A stretch of DNA of 62,221 nucleotides, filler included, from Porpidia crustulata (Eukaryota): assembly GCA_964255105.1 (NCBI GenBank). It is 3 parts of 3 records of this genome, joined end to end, with 100 filler letters (N's around TTAATTAATTAA, not from the genome) between each part and the next. Parts side by side here need not be neighbours in the genome. Positions count along the whole stretch, not along the records: positions 1 to 21,074 come from CAXUWE010000111.1; 2 more parts are not named here. One strand, 5' to 3'. Positions 1-13,742 of the stretch are shown piece by piece (position 1 is the first letter of the stretch; every line of letters begins with the position of its first letter). The translations under genes and the position numbers were made by a program. Under the pieces are notes generated by a model. It saw only the letters and a list, made by a program, of their open reading frames with translations. It made no database searches and was not told where the DNA came from.

Positions 1-317
1 GGGCATTGCAGGGGAGCAGAAGGTGGGAGGTCGTAATCTCAGCCTTCACGTGCTTTCCGAGCTGTTTTTATATAGGATTGATTAGTTCCTCGAGGTTACC
101 GTTCACAATCAGTTTGGCTTTTTGACTTCTGAACAACCATGGATATAGTTCTGTCGCCTACACGGAGGATTTTTAGGCTACAGCAGCTTCTTCATATCAA
201 GAGAAGACACGGGTGTAGTTTAAGTTGGCATTCTCGCCACCTCGAGGCTGTAAATCTCTTTCAGGCGATGATAGATCTATCTAGTAATAAAGGAGCCGAT
301 ACGGGTATCGAAGTTGA

Positions 318-1661
318 TCAAAAGTGTGGTATGAAGTTTGTCCACGCGACGGAATCGAAAGCGCGAAGCGGAAGCGATCGTAAACTGATGAAGCACTCTA
401 CCGCAATGTACAAGCGGGCTGAAGTGTATAGCACCGTGACGACCAACATGTTGACGGCTTGCCAATTTGGTATGAGCTTTGCTTCCTCCGGTTGCCTTAG
501 GACTCGGTCCAGGGGTAATGCCCTTGATGGAGAGAATCTTGATTTCCAATGCTGCCAGCGGCCATTGCGCTGTTCATTATTATAGATTTCGCATGCGAAA
601 AAGATCGAAGCAGTCGAAACCATAATAATACAGACTATTCGCCACACCAATCGTTCTACTTGCGTGGGAAAGCTGAAGTTCCAAGCAATAAAATGGAGGC
701 TGGAGTAAGCCGTGACGATGGTGATTAAGAGGATGGAGTCACGGCTTCCGTCAATGGTAGGAAGCCTGTCATTTGTGAAGCGTGGCAACGGTCGCTCTGG
801 CGGGCCAAAAATTTTCCTCTTGGTGAAATGCTCAACCCCAGTGAGCCATAATGGGAATTGATCCTCGATAAAATCGAGAGGTGTTCGCAAGTAAGGCCTG
901 CGTGCACATTCTCCGGCTTCGATCAGGATTTGGCCTATGTCTACCTCTATTTCGAGGACCACTGGATGTTCAACATCTAGAGGCTTGCAAGACCACTCGT
1001 AGTAAGAGGCAAACGTACAAATAACCAAGCCGATGGTAGCAAGCTCAAGAGTAGTGGTAGGGAGATGTTGAATACCCCTACCAATGCACTGTAGAACGAA
1101 CCAAGACAATTGGAGTAATGTTAAAAACTTTTGAAATCCATCCTGTTTGCTTTTCTGAGAGATTTCGAATTGTGTAATACGTGGGACACGCGCGTAACCA
1201 TGCCTCACAAGATAAAGCAGCTGTTTTGAGTTGACAGGAAAAGGTTTACTGTCCCGCGGCTGTAGGATGAAACCTCCCATATTGGCGAAAAACCCATGGT
1301 GCATTGTCCAAGATGGGTGTCCGGCCTCTTTCCATTCTTTGCACGAGCGTCGCGCCTCGATTTTTTGAATTGTCGCAAGGAAGACGACGAACTCAGGAGC
1401 TAGGAAGGCTTGAATCATCCAACGCATCCTGCGAACGAGACACTTGAACCCTGAGTCTGAAGTCCCGGGTATGTTCAGATGTAAGGACGACCATGTACAC
1501 AGAAAAGTGGTAAGAAGGCAGGCCCAAACGATGTCCAGAGTACCCCGCCCATCTGGAGAGCTAACCCAGCCTCTAGAAGGTGCTGGGTTTGTACTATTAC
1601 CGACGTCAGGAGCCAATACTCCCCTCTGGCAGATCGATAAGAGGCCTGGATGGTGAGCCAT
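318..1661 (-). CDS. Uncharacterised fungal multi-pass membrane protein (single exon, 447 aa)
   Basis: Intact ORF with the motif series of a common fungal family of unknown function: RGTLDIVWACLLTTFLCTWSSLHLNIP, LAPE, WTMHHGFFANMGGF, KSKQDGFQK, TTLELAT, KPLDV, HFIAWNFSFPTQVERLVWR, C-terminal SLRSLP...WTNFIPHF. A disrupted paralog lies at 37497-39519. Confidence 0.85.
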   Translation of the reverse strand: MAHHPGLLSICQRGVLAPDVGNSTNPAPSRGWVSSPDGRGTLDIVWACLLTTFLCTWSSLHLNIPGTSDSGFKCLVRRMRWMIQAFLAPEFVVFLATIQKIEARRSCKEWKEAGHPSWTMHHGFFANMGGFILQPRDSKPFPVNSKQLLYLVRHGYARVPRITQFEISQKSKQDGFQKFLTLLQLSWFVLQCIGRGIQHLPTTTLELATIGLVICTFASYYEWSCKPLDVEHPVVLEIEVDIGQILIEAGECARRPYLRTPLDFIEDQFPLWLTGVEHFTKRKIFGPPERPLPRFTNDRLPTIDGSRDSILLITIVTAYSSLHFIAWNFSFPTQVERLVWRIVCIIMVSTASIFFACEIYNNEQRNGRWQHWKSRFSPSRALPLDRVLRQPEEAKLIPNWQAVNMLVVTVLYTSARLYIAVECFISLRSLPLRAFDSVAWTNFIPHF

Positions 1662-2159
1662 GAATCTGTATATGGCTTAGGAATGTGGGTTGATGAAGTC
1701 AAATTCCCGGTCTTCTCAAAACCTATTATATAGGGTATAGTGCAAGAATTTTGTAAGGGGGCGATGACTCTCACATATGATGGCTGTGTAAATCCTTATG
1801 CAGTAGGCTATACCGAATGCGCCGTTAGAGGGTGCCGTTCGCATTACTATTGATCGCCTTGTCGTTCAGCAGCTACGTGGTATATATCGTAATCGGGCAG
1901 GTCACATCTTCGCTGTGGAGGCGTGGTCGGGTCTTTATCATGGGAAGATAGCTTCATGCATGAGCAGGGCATTCTATTACGAGTAGTGCAGACGCGTGCA
2001 CCTTTGTAGTCAACCTGTAAAGGTAAAATGCAGCAATCTGACCGCAACGTCCTAGATCGAGGATCATGTTTCTTTATCGCAGTGCCCAGTAGTTTGATGT
2101 TCAACGTCTTGATTGTCAGCATCAGCTCATTGCTACAGAACAATACTTTCGTTGTCTTT

Positions 2160-2700
2160 AAATACGACTAGGTTAATACAATGAACCTACCTTATTAATC
2201 TCATTCCTTGGTCATCAGTCAGTCTGGATATGTGTGTGTATGTAAATATTTTTCCTACTCAGAGGAGTTCTCGTCAATAAGCATTCCATTGACACAAGAT
2301 GAAGTCAAGAATCGACGAAGCTGTAAAAGTGTAAACAGCATCAGATTAAATCAAACAACACTGTTGAATAAATAACAGAAGCAGCTGTAGTCGAGTAAAA
2401 TGCAGTTAAATTAAACTCTTGAGAAGTTAAAACTTTTGCTCTTTTGCTGCGTTCTTCATGCTCGCTTGCTGCGTCTCAGTGCTCTTCTGATGCTTTTCTG
2501 TGCTTCCTCGAATGTTTTCCGATGCTTTCTCTAAAGCGATCCTGCTTCCTTTCTCGATCGAAAAGGATAATCTCAGATTCTAAGTTCGGGGTGTATATAA
2601 TATATATATATCTATATATACAATCCTCGATTACTTGGTGCTATCTGAATATTTCGTGTACAAGTTCTAACTGGTGATAATCGTAGTTGTCAAAGGGACA
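2160..2700. repeat. AT-rich decayed DNA (possible RIP-degraded relic) with a (TA)n tract near 2594-2620
   Basis: Low GC, many TpA dinucleotides, only fragmentary frames; no recognisable transposase motif. Confidence 0.3.
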
Positions 2701-3942
2701 ATTTAGAGCGAGATTTGCAAACACAAAACAAAAACGTCAAGAATCATCCCTCCTTTTCTATCGCCTCTACCGAATGGAAAAGCGAACCTCCATCCGTCCG
2801 GCTTGGAGTAAAAGCGGCATCATTACACCAGCGGATGCAGTACTCCCTTGGGGAAACAGAGCCTGAGTCACTACCCGCCGGGAATTCACACCATTTCGTA
2901 TAGGACTCTCAATCTCAACATTCGCGGTTGTTATTGTTCAGGCCAGGACTGATCGGCGCCTGGTATGACAACCTCGCCGTACGAGTTTCGTCTACTGAGT
3001 CGAATTGATTTGATTGTTTTCATGGCCCCGAATTCATACAAATGAAACAACGAAGCAACGATGGCAGCGCCTATATGCACGATCTTCGGATGTGCGCGTG
3101 AGACGTAGGCCCGTGCAGCTACGACTCCTTGGAATCGTCGTACTGAGCGACACTGCTGACAACGTCCTCAAGGTGGATGGAATGACCCGATGGCGGTTGG
3201 TGCTATACTCGGACCGTAGCAATGCTGCCGCGTCCGGGCCGATGGGGCTTCAGAAACAAGGATGGTGTTTTTGAATAGTTGAAAACAGCCATCGTGAAGG
3301 TAAGATTCTAGGACGATGTGAGAAATGACGGCTAGACCACTGTGATTTCAGGTTTATATTGTGCCTGTTATATGGAGGGTAGGCGATAAGGCGGCGAACG
3401 ATCTTGTAATCGCACGTACTGATCTGGTAATACCTCCAACTCCGTTTTATCATCGATATAGCCGCGTACGAGATCGTCCACGGGATCCCGTAAACCATCA
3501 GTTCTCGAAGTCTCCTCCCCGCATCCGCCAAAGGCGAGGAAATCATAATATCATGTTCTGATGGCGGCATCTCTTCAGCGCAACGAAGAGCGGCCGACTG
3601 GTGTATACAGACACCATGAGAACTATAACGCCACGGTCATGGTGCTATCATAAGGCCAGTCATTGCTTTGTCCAAAGGACGCATCCCAGATTCTTGCCAG
3701 TACGTCGATATAACATCTATGGGACCACAAACATATCAAGCACATCTAGAGAGAATTGGAGTCCAGGAATTTCATCATATTTCGTTCCGGTATTTTTTCA
3801 TCTTGCACCTAGCTAAGATAGTAGTAATGGGGGAAAAAGACAATCAAATTTTTCACGGCTATCCTGTTGCCGATCTCCACTCGTGTACTCCCCAATTTCT
3901 TTGCTTCCGTCTCATTCGCAGGGCCGGATATTGGGAATTGAG

Positions 3943-6900
3943 CTAGAGATACTGGCTTCTGCTTGCCACAAGCGAGCTCAGCGCCGCCACACTCCGACTT
4001 TCCAGGATATCAATAACCGTAATCTCAGCTTTCATCTCCTGACCAAACCAATGCCGAATTTCGACCGCTACCAAGGAGTCAACGCCGAATGTGTGCATGG
4101 GCTTTTTGACATCAATGTCTTCGCGTGGAATGGAGAGTGATTTGCATAAACGCTGAACCAGAGCCTGACATATGATTTCTTCCACGGCGTCTTGAGAGGT
4201 GGCTTTGCGCAGTAGGGGTTTCACGTCCACAGAATCTCCACCGGCAGCCTGTGACAAGTCGGAGCCTCTGACTTTATCTCGGTCCATGAGGGCCAAGTGT
4301 CGGAAGAAAGACATCTGCGCCCATACGGGTTCATCATGACCTTTCGATGCTAATTCGCTGGGCGTTTTTATACCCATGACGAGTTGGCTCTTCAGCGGTG
4401 AGAGGACGCCCAGTCCTGGATTACAGTAGTGGTCTAGCACGGCATGAAACTCGACTTCTCGGATAGTCATGTATTCAGGAGACGTTTGGATGGCAGCTTC
4501 TGTGCCAAGCCTCTCAGCAACGAAACCTACTGAGCCAACGATGCTAAGATCAATTGCTATGGCTTTCTCCCCAATGCTGTTACGGTAGCGTGCCAAAGCG
4601 TCTTGGTACGTGTTGCCACACGAGTAATTGGATTGACCTCTGTTTCCTGTGACACCGGCTACCGAGGACAGCAAGATGAAAAAATCCATACCTTTAGGAA
4701 GCTGATTGTGCAGGTTGTATGAACCTTGCACCTTTGGTGCCAAAGCTAACTTGAAGTCCTCAAGGGAAAGGTTCTCGAATACAGTATCCTGTTAAGCCTG
4801 GGCTTAGCAGCCGTAAAGACCAAAAATTTCCTTTTGTATGCTTACCTTCAGTGCCAACGAACCTTGAATGCAGCCCTTGATGGGGGGCATCGATTCACAA
4901 TCTTTTAAAGCAACTGATAAGTCCTCGACCTTGCTCACATCACATCTGAGTGCCACTGCATTGACTTTCTGGTCTAGCAATTCTGCCATCAAGGCAATAG
5001 CAGCCTCAGATGTCATACCTGACCTTGAAAGAAGAATCAGGTTTCGTGCTCCCCGTCCGACCATCCATCGAGCAATACTTCTGCCAAGTCCACCGGAGCC
5101 GCCCGCAATTACGTAAGTCGCCTTTGCGTCGAGACTATAGCGACAGGGCAGGTCTGGAATGACCTGGCAAGGGGCTGTGTCAACCCGGAAAGACCAAAGT
5201 AAATAGGATTATAAAATGAACATACTGGCACCAGATCATCCTCATGCAATTCAATAATGGTCTTTCCAGTGTTTCTGCCGCTTTGCAGATACCTAAATGC
5301 TTCCAACAGGCCGCTGCCGCGGTAGATGTGCTGAGGGTGTGGACCTAGTTGGTCAAAATGGGTTACTTCTGGGGGTATACCTGGAATGCTTACTGGTAAT
5401 CTTTCCCTCTTCGAGAAGATCGATTACGGCTCTTAGTATAGAGCCCAATTGAAACGCCTTTTCTTGTGCCATGATGGTAAGATCTCCCGAAGCAAAGGTC
5501 GCACACTTTGAAAACGGCCACATTGGTAGGCTGGCGTGAGAGTAGATGTCGCTTTTGCCAATTTCGACAAACCGTCCGAACTTGGCGATACATTCCCATG
5601 AGTTCCGCAAGCCCCAGCCAGCGATTGAATTGAGTATAACGTCTACGCCCTGATTCCTTGTCATCCTTTGGATACCTTGTGCAAAGGACTTGTTCCGACT
5701 GGAAAAGATATGTTCTTCAGGAATATCATATAGCTCCATAATGAGAGATTTCTTTTCTTTCGTCCCGACAGTAGCAAAGATTTTAGCACCTACGATCTTC
5801 GCCAATTGAATCGCTGCCTGACCGACACCGCCGGCGGCGCTGTGGATCAAGATTGATTCTCCCTTGGTCATCCTCGCAATGTTGAACAAGGCGTGATACG
5901 CTGTACAATAAACCGTAGGAATGCCAGCTGCCGTTACAAAGGGTAAGTCGTCTGGAATCTCAACCAGAAGTTCGGCCTTGACTCGCACATAGGATCGGTA
6001 ACCTCCATATGCGAAGCAGCATACACGTGATCCGGGTGTAACGCCAATAACACTATGTCCCACTCGTTCTACAATTCCCGAGCATTCTGTTCCTAGGAAG
6101 TCACCGGCGACTTGACCTAACACTATAAGGACATCACTGAAATTGACCCCGCACGCGCAAACTCGAACTTCAACTTCGTCTGCAGGCAAGTCTTGTTTGG
6201 GTACCGGGTCGTCAACAAATTGTAAGGTTTCAAGAATGCCGGGGACGGCAATCTCTAGTTTTAACGGTCGATCAGACTGTTGCCCGAATGGCAGGAGCTG
6301 GGATTTTGGAGATCCTGTCGCGATAAAAATTTCCTCATTCATGTCGAAGTCCTCCACTACGCGACTGATCTGGAGCAATCCGTCATGTTCAAGGTACTCT
6401 GACTCTACTGTCCCTTGGCTCGTTTGAAATATCCCCGAAGTAGTCTTGACGATGGTATCGACTATCCCTGCTATTTCTTGAGGGTCTTCAATTGCAAGAG
6501 TCACCAGTTTCAAACTCCTATTCTCGGACCGGACAGTACGCGAAAGGCCCTCAACAAGCGCGAAGTCGGGCTTTATGGCTGCGACGCCTGCTTGCGTAAC
6601 CCACAGAATGCCATCCGCAGAGGCTACGATTCTTTTTAGGTCCCTAAGTTTATCAAAATCCAAGTCAAGTAGATATGGTTGGTCAAGCTCGGGGAGAAAG
6701 AGACAAAAGGTTTGCTCAAAGATTGTCCGCACAACATCCTGAAGGTCGATTACGGCACACTCCACACGAGCCATCAGAGACGTAAAATAGGTATTGAGTC
6801 GCTCAGCAACTTGGCTTTGTGTCGAAGATTTCATCGATGCCACAATGGAAATTTTTGGAAGAGCAACTTCTAAAGTAACGTCCTCCGATGCTGTACTTAT

Positions 6901-9900
6901 GATCATACTGACGGTATGATTCAACTGATCTGCGTGGTCTCGAAAAATGACATCGGCACCAGAGAACCCGTTCGCGGAAAGAGTCTTATGCCAGCTGTCT
7001 TCCTCCATTAGAGGAGATTCTTGTCGATCTTTCTCCGAACTGAGCCACCACCCTGGAAGCATACCGAAGGCAAATGGCACTCGGAGAAGAGAAGGATTGC
7101 AAACTTCGATCAAGATCATTTTACCGTGTGAATTGAGAAGCCTCCGCGTATTTTGTAAGCTGACTCCTAGATCTGACGTTGCATGAAGTACGTTGGCTGC
7201 AACGATCAGGTCATACGACTCGGCCTCAAACCCCTGTTGAAGCGGGTCTGTCTCAATGTTAAGGGTTTTGAAATCCAATCGGTCACCGTGCTTCGCGAAG
7301 CGAGCCTTTGCCTTTTCGAAGAATCCCGAAGAAATGTCTGTGAAAGCGTACCGTGAAAATCTTGCTGCGCTGTTGTTAGTCCCGCCTGGTTGGCTCAAGG
7401 CGTTCAGCACAAGTGCTGTAGTGCCACCAGTACCAGCCCCTATCTCCAAGATTCTCAGGCCCGGATTTTTATGAGCAAGTGCATCAAGGTAGACGGCAAG
7501 CTTGCGGTAGTTAGGGTCTCGCTCAGAGATGCACCGATAGAAGTTACTTGCGAGATCATTGCCGAAGAGAAGATCCATCACATTAACTTGGTCGTGAAGA
7601 ATCCCAGTAAGTTGCCTCCCCACAGTCACGATAAGTTTTCCAACTGGGTCAAGATGCTCCACGCGGTTGAAAAGGCCCTCTGTAAATTCTTGATCCTTTC
7701 TAAGTTGTTTCCATCCAAGATAGCCATGTACAGTTGGTTTGGTGTCCCGCCGGGTCAATTCCCGCTGCATCCATTGGTAGTACTTCTTAATATGTGGTGT
7801 GGACCTCGTCAAGTCCTCTGGAACAACCTTCTCGAGCGTATCCGCGAGGAAATAGGCGCAGGTAAGCTCGAGGTCTTTGTTATACTGGGTCATGGCATCA
7901 TTCTGGGAATCAAAATTGGTGGCAATCTGGCAGTGCTGAGTGATTTGATCATTGCTCATCAAGTCAAGATCTGGCTTCCAATCGATATTGAAGCACAGTC
8001 TCCTTAGCTCAGGGTTGCTTGTCGAGACAGAATTCAAATTAGCAAGTGCCGTTGCTTGAAACCCATTGACCACTATTTGAGGCCTCTCCTCCTGACAATC
8101 CATTGCGACAATGCATGTCTCGACCTCTCGCAGTCTCTTGATGACCGATGTGCCTGAGATCCGTAGCATCGGACATTCCACATTGCTGCAGAATTCAGCC
8201 GATATCCATAGATCTTCGATCCGGGTCGGGTATGTCGTGGGAATCTGCCGTCTTCCGCCTTTGGTCAAAATCACGCTAGTAGTCTGCAGCACACCATCCA
8301 GGCAAGTTGGATGAATAATGTGACTCTGCACGAGCAGCGTTGGAAGCTTGTGACGCCAGCTCAAAGGATCGAGGATAGCGGTCGCTTCATTCTCATCGTT
8401 GCAGAAAATTCCACCGAGAACTTGGAATGCGGGCCCGAAATCGTAGCCGGAGAGTCGGAGAACACTGTACAGCTGTTCGGGCTTAACAGACCTCTTGCAT
8501 CGATCGACAAGAGACTTGAAAGACCGCCTGCGGAGAGCCAAGTCCTCGCAAGCTTCTCTGCCGTTGTCGACCTCGTCAGGAGCCTCGGCGTACTCTAACC
8601 CAATGATCCCACTACAATTATCAACCCATTCCCCGCTCACGTAGGAACACAGTCGGAAATCGCTCCACTCAAGTTGCTGGCTTTTGGTGGCATTCTGTCG
8701 ACAAAGGAAGAAATTAGTCTCAAGCCCGTCGTCATCTAAAGGTACGACCATGGCCTTATGGAAATTTGTTTCCTTGATCCTGTATCCTTTGAGTTCCCGA
8801 GTCTTGTCTGCAAGCTGTCGTGCAGCTTCGATAGCCATAACGAGCATGCCAGCCGCAGGGTACAGCAGTGAGCTGTTAACCTACCCATTGTAAGCCACGT
8901 CGTCACAAAAAAGCAAAACATATACCTTGTGATCCTTGATCCACGGACTTTCGGAAATTCTGATGAAATTGCGCCATTTCCCTACAAGACCATTCCAGTC
9001 TTGGACGGTAGTCCCAAGCAGTTCATGTCGAGGGTGTTCACGAAAGCGAAAGTTCGAGCTCAATCGGCTTTCCTGCCAGTACTCCCGCGAATGGTCGAAA
9101 GAATACTCTGGAAGGTCTACCAGAACTTTTAGGTCAGAAGTCTCGGCCCCGAACATGTTGATCTTGTTGATCGCTAGCTGATATCCATGACAGTACAGCT
9201 GGCCAGCCATGTCCATGACAGTTCTCATCGCAGACAAACCACGATCAAGCATCGAACCGTAGCGAATATCGTTGCTTTTCCTCAGCATTTCAAGGGCTTC
9301 TCTTACAGAACTTCGCATTGCAGAGTGAGGGCCAAGCTCGATTAGAAACTTCACTTGCTCTGCCGTATAACGGGGTCTACTCCGGCTCTGAGAAGGTTCT
9401 TGCTCCAAAGACCATGTGCATGCTTTGATTAGCGCTTCGGAGAATCTGACTGGAGATACCAAATTCTTGATCCAGTAGGCGGACTGCGTAAGCTGCGCAC
9501 AAGAGACTTCCTCGACGGAGACTGTTGAAATCATGATAGCATGCCCCGAGGCATACATGCGGTCGGTATCGGGTGTTATATCTTTCAAGAGGGCCGCATA
9601 TTCGGCAATAATGCCCTGCATTGACTTGGAATGATAGGCAACGTTAACATTGAGCTTCCTGGCGAATATCTTTTCTCTCTTCATAATTTCTTCGAAGGCT
9701 TGCACAGACTGCGCGCCACCTGTCAGAGTGACGTTCTTGGGGCTGTTAATGCAACCAATTGAGATGTCCCGACGCTCGGCATTACAGCCAAATTTCTGGA
9801 GGTACGGCTCAACCTTCGCTTTCGAAAGGGCTACAGCCAACATAGCACCTCGCCCCCAACTATCAGACGATAGGTTGTCAGCAAGAGCGCCTCGATAGTA

Positions 9901-12633
9901 GGCAATTTTCAAGGCCGACTCCTTTGATACTGCGCCAATACAGTAAGCAGCAGCAATCTCGCCCGACGAGTGTCCGATAACGATCCGAGGGTAGATGTCC
10001 CAACTTCGGAGAAGATCAATGAGAGCGAGTTGAGTCGCAGTGGACAGTGATTGGCTTACGAGTGCGCTATCTAGATGAGTGTACCCTATCGCACTCTGCA
10101 GCTTATCTGATCGCGTCAGAAGAGTCTCAATATGCGAGTGGAAGAGGAACGTACCAAGAATGTCTATTTTTGAGCCTAAGCTCTGGAGGTACTCTTCTGA
10201 AGCCCTTAAGCTTGTTCTGAAGACCGAGTAGGCTAGAAGCTCCCGACCCATCCCATGCCAAGCTGCTCCTTGGCCTGAAAAGATGAACCCGATATGTGGA
10301 GTCTCGTTTGAGCGAACTGGCTTTGACATCTTTTCGTCGAGGCTTTTCTGCATGTCATTGATAGACTCAGCTATTGTAAAGGATTTCCAAGGGAACCGTT
10401 CGCGCCTCGAGGCCAGAGTGTATGCAAGTTCACCAAAGTAGGCAGAGTCATTCAAGTGGTGGGCATCGAAATCATGCCGAGAGTATGCAGTGGCCACGCG
10501 CCGGAGCCCAGCTTCGTCAGATGCCGACCATACGAGAAGTTGGGGTTGCAACTGATGATCCGTTCCGTGTGACTCATGAGGATGCGTTGGCTCGACAGTG
10601 CTAATCTTGATAGGATCTGTTGGCGTAGATTCCATGATTCCGTTCAGTGCAACGTTGTCAGGCGTGGAGCAAGGCAGGATTCTCGGCTCACATTCGCGCC
10701 CGTATCCATTTTTCCATCCAAAGCCCTGTTCAGAGCCTATTTCGAGGGGTGGTGATTCGATGGTGTTGTGTCTCCCACCGAGTGCGCGGAGCTTCAGATA
10801 ATTGTACGCATCGTCCAACACAATATGACAATTAGCTCCGCCGTAGCCAAACGAATTGACTGATGCCCGGCGAAGACCACTACTAGGCCAGGGGGTTGGC
10901 TCGACGGGGAACTAGAAAGAAGTTTCAAAAAGGCAGAACAATGTACTGCGATAGGAGAGGAGAGTATACCTTAATATTCCAGTCATCCACGAGAATCTTT
11001 GGGTTTGGACGCTCAAATCCAATATTGGGTGGGATTACTCCCTTTTCCAACACTAGGATCGTTTTGATAACCCCAGCGATTCCACTAGCGCCCTCCAGAT
11101 GCCCAATATTCGACTTGACAGCGCCGATGAACAGCGGGTCATCTGAAGACCTCTCAAGTCCAAATATTGTTCCAATAGCACCAGCCTCAACAGGGTCTCC
11201 CTTTGTGATGTCAATCATGAGCTGGTCCAAGTTCCTGAGCATATTATGGTACTTACGATGGTAGTTCCGGTCCCATGGGCTTCGAAATACCTCGTTATTG
11301 AAAAGTCGAGACCCGCGGCCTTATAGGTGGCTCGAATCAGATCTTCCTGAGCGGCCTGGCTGGGTTGGGTGATTCCGGGGGTTCTTCCGTCTTGATTGGC
11401 ACCACTGGCACGAACTACGGCACGGATTGTGTCGTTATCACGTAAGGCATCACTCAACCTCTTGATGATGGCAACGCCAATTCCCTCTCCTCTAGCATAG
11501 CCATTAGCTCTATGATCAAAGGAATAGCAGCGACTATCGGGCGACAGAAAATTTAGATTCGTTAGAGGTGTCGACGTGTCTGGATTGATAATTAGATTAC
11601 AACCTGCGACAACCCCCTAAGGAGGTATTAGTGATTGCAAAAGCTGGAAATCAGAATCTACCAACCATCTCGGACTCTCCACGTCGTAGGCTCTCACATC
11701 CTAAATGTAGGGCATTTAGGCTACTCGAGCACGCTGTGTCTATGACCATGCTGGGTCCTGTGAGGTTATAAAACCAGCTGAGTCTGTTCGCGAGTAAGGC
11801 GAATCCTGAACCAGTAGCTTGATACTTTGGTTGTAGCTCTGGGTCTCTATAGGACATATGATCGTATTCGCGAGTGAAGCATCCAACATGAACAGATGTC
11901 TTCGATCCACTCACTGCTTGCAGGGTAATCCCAGCTGCGGCAGCACTTTCTGATAAGATGCTATATTCTAAAAATCTCAGAAGTTTGACATGTGCACCTA
12001 CCATTCTCCAAAGCTCTATACGTTATTTCCAAAAGCCCACGTTGCTGTGGATCCATACTAGCTGCTTCTGCTGGCGTGATAGAAAAGAAAGGCGCGTCAA
12101 AAGCGGCGAGGTTCTTTACAAAGTGGCCGCCTTTAAAGTTGACCTACAGGACCTTCTCAGTCTAACGATCTTCGTCAAGCCTGGAAATGCATAATCGGAA
12201 AGCCCGGACGTACAGAACTGATTCTGCTGCTCTCTGGATGGTAGAAGGCTTTTATATTGAAACGATCTTCGGGAACTTCTGTCATGGCAGATCTGCCCTG
12301 ATAGAGCATCTTCCAGAAGCCTTGCGAAGATACTGCATCCTGAGGAAATCTTAACGAAAAGCCAATAATGGCGATAGGCTCTGTCGTGTCTTTTTGGCTT
12401 TGACAGCCTTCTGCCTCGTTCGTAGCCGCTTTTCTATCAACACCACCGAAGAGACTGTTTCGCTCTTTGTTACCATGATGGGAGATGTCATTTTTCTCTT
12501 TTTCCTCCATACTTTCATTACTCAAAGTCCGATTCCCGCTTGCAAGATCCTTGTTGTGGACACAATCCTGCTGTTTCCCATTCTGAAATGCAGCTCCATC
12601 CGTAGAAGGTGAGCCGTCCTGATAGTCCGTCAT
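3943..12633 (-). CDS. Highly reducing iterative type I polyketide synthase, KS-AT-DH-cMT-ER-KR-ACP (multi-exon)
   Basis: KS: EPIAIIG, MDPQQR, DTACSSS (Cys ~11730), [45 protein letters not shown]/..[15 protein letters not shown]. c[76 protein letters not shown], then the stop (no TE/R/C domain). GT-AG introns join the ORF pieces, e.g. exon 1 12633-12214, exon 2 starting [20 protein letters not shown]. Confidence 0.97.
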
Positions 12634-13742
12634 TTTTAAATGGAGATTCTACCTCGATAGACAGCACACTGAGGTTCCGGTCACAGGGATCCAAGAAAAA
12701 CAAAGCTCTGAAATGGATATAGCACCTCGTAAAGAGAAGACTAAAAAGCGCAGTAGAACTGAGCCCGCAAATCCAAGGAAGTAGATAATCAACATGTTTG
12801 ACGGAAACAATTGAGTGTAAGACTATATAGTCTTATCTGTAGAAACGTCACGGACCCCCAACATCGCCACAACGTTGTTTCAAATTCTTATTGCCTGACT
12901 ATCGTCAATGCGGTAATCATCTTCCCGGATCAACTTCCGACAATGGACCATGCATCGCACACTGTGGAGGATCCTCTACAGTTCAGTCCCAGTCTAGAAA
13001 ACGAAGGGCATAATGCACGGACAAGGAATCTTCTTCTGAAGGAACGACGCCTTAAAGTTGCAGAGAGGATGGCTACCCTCACATGCGCGCCATACCTTAG
13101 GCTAGGCAAAAGTAGCGGTACCATGCTCCTTATACGTTTATGTAATTGTATGACCATAGGGAGCTTCCACAGCGGCTGCAAGTTAGCTAGTGAGCTCTGC
13201 CTAATTGGGAGCGCAACTGTCATAGGCTGGTGGTTGAGCATATCGTTCAGCCAGGAAATCCTTACGAGTACAGGGCGGCGCTACGCACCCTCAGTACGCA
13301 GTAGACGTTCCAGCGGAAGGGATTCGCAGAGGGGTTCGCTTGCGGAGGGGTGCGTTCAAGTTCCCTATATGGGAAAAGCCCTTGTGGGTCCAACGTGCTT
13401 GGGCAAGTCGTTTGTACCGATGGTACATCTACAAGGCTGCTGTTCGTTTAAGAAGGGGAATTTGTTTCAGGCGGGGTCAGCTCGCCCCGATCTTCCGTAT
13501 CAGCAATGCCCCCCTCCACTTGGGGTGCCGCCTGCTCATCCCTTATCGTGCAACGGTTATGCAGACTGTCGCCTGAGGGAGGCATGTAAGACACCACGCT
13601 GCTTGATGGAGGCCCAGTAAATCCAATCGATTACGGGCTCTTAGATGGTCTTCGTTGCATTGCCACCCTTGATGATGATTTATAGCGAGCCTCTTGTCTC
13701 CACCTCGACAAAGGCTATTTCACTTGCGACCCTTTACGTATC

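Noticed and set aside
2900..3900. Short ORFs downstream of the PKS as a possible release enzyme
   Set aside because: No hydrolase/thioesterase/acyltransferase motif in the frames I read; at most an unidentifiable relic.
12811..13620. 269-codon ORF between the PKS and the PTH11-like gene
   Set aside because: Non-ATG start, no motif, random-looking composition; it lies in the divergent promoter.
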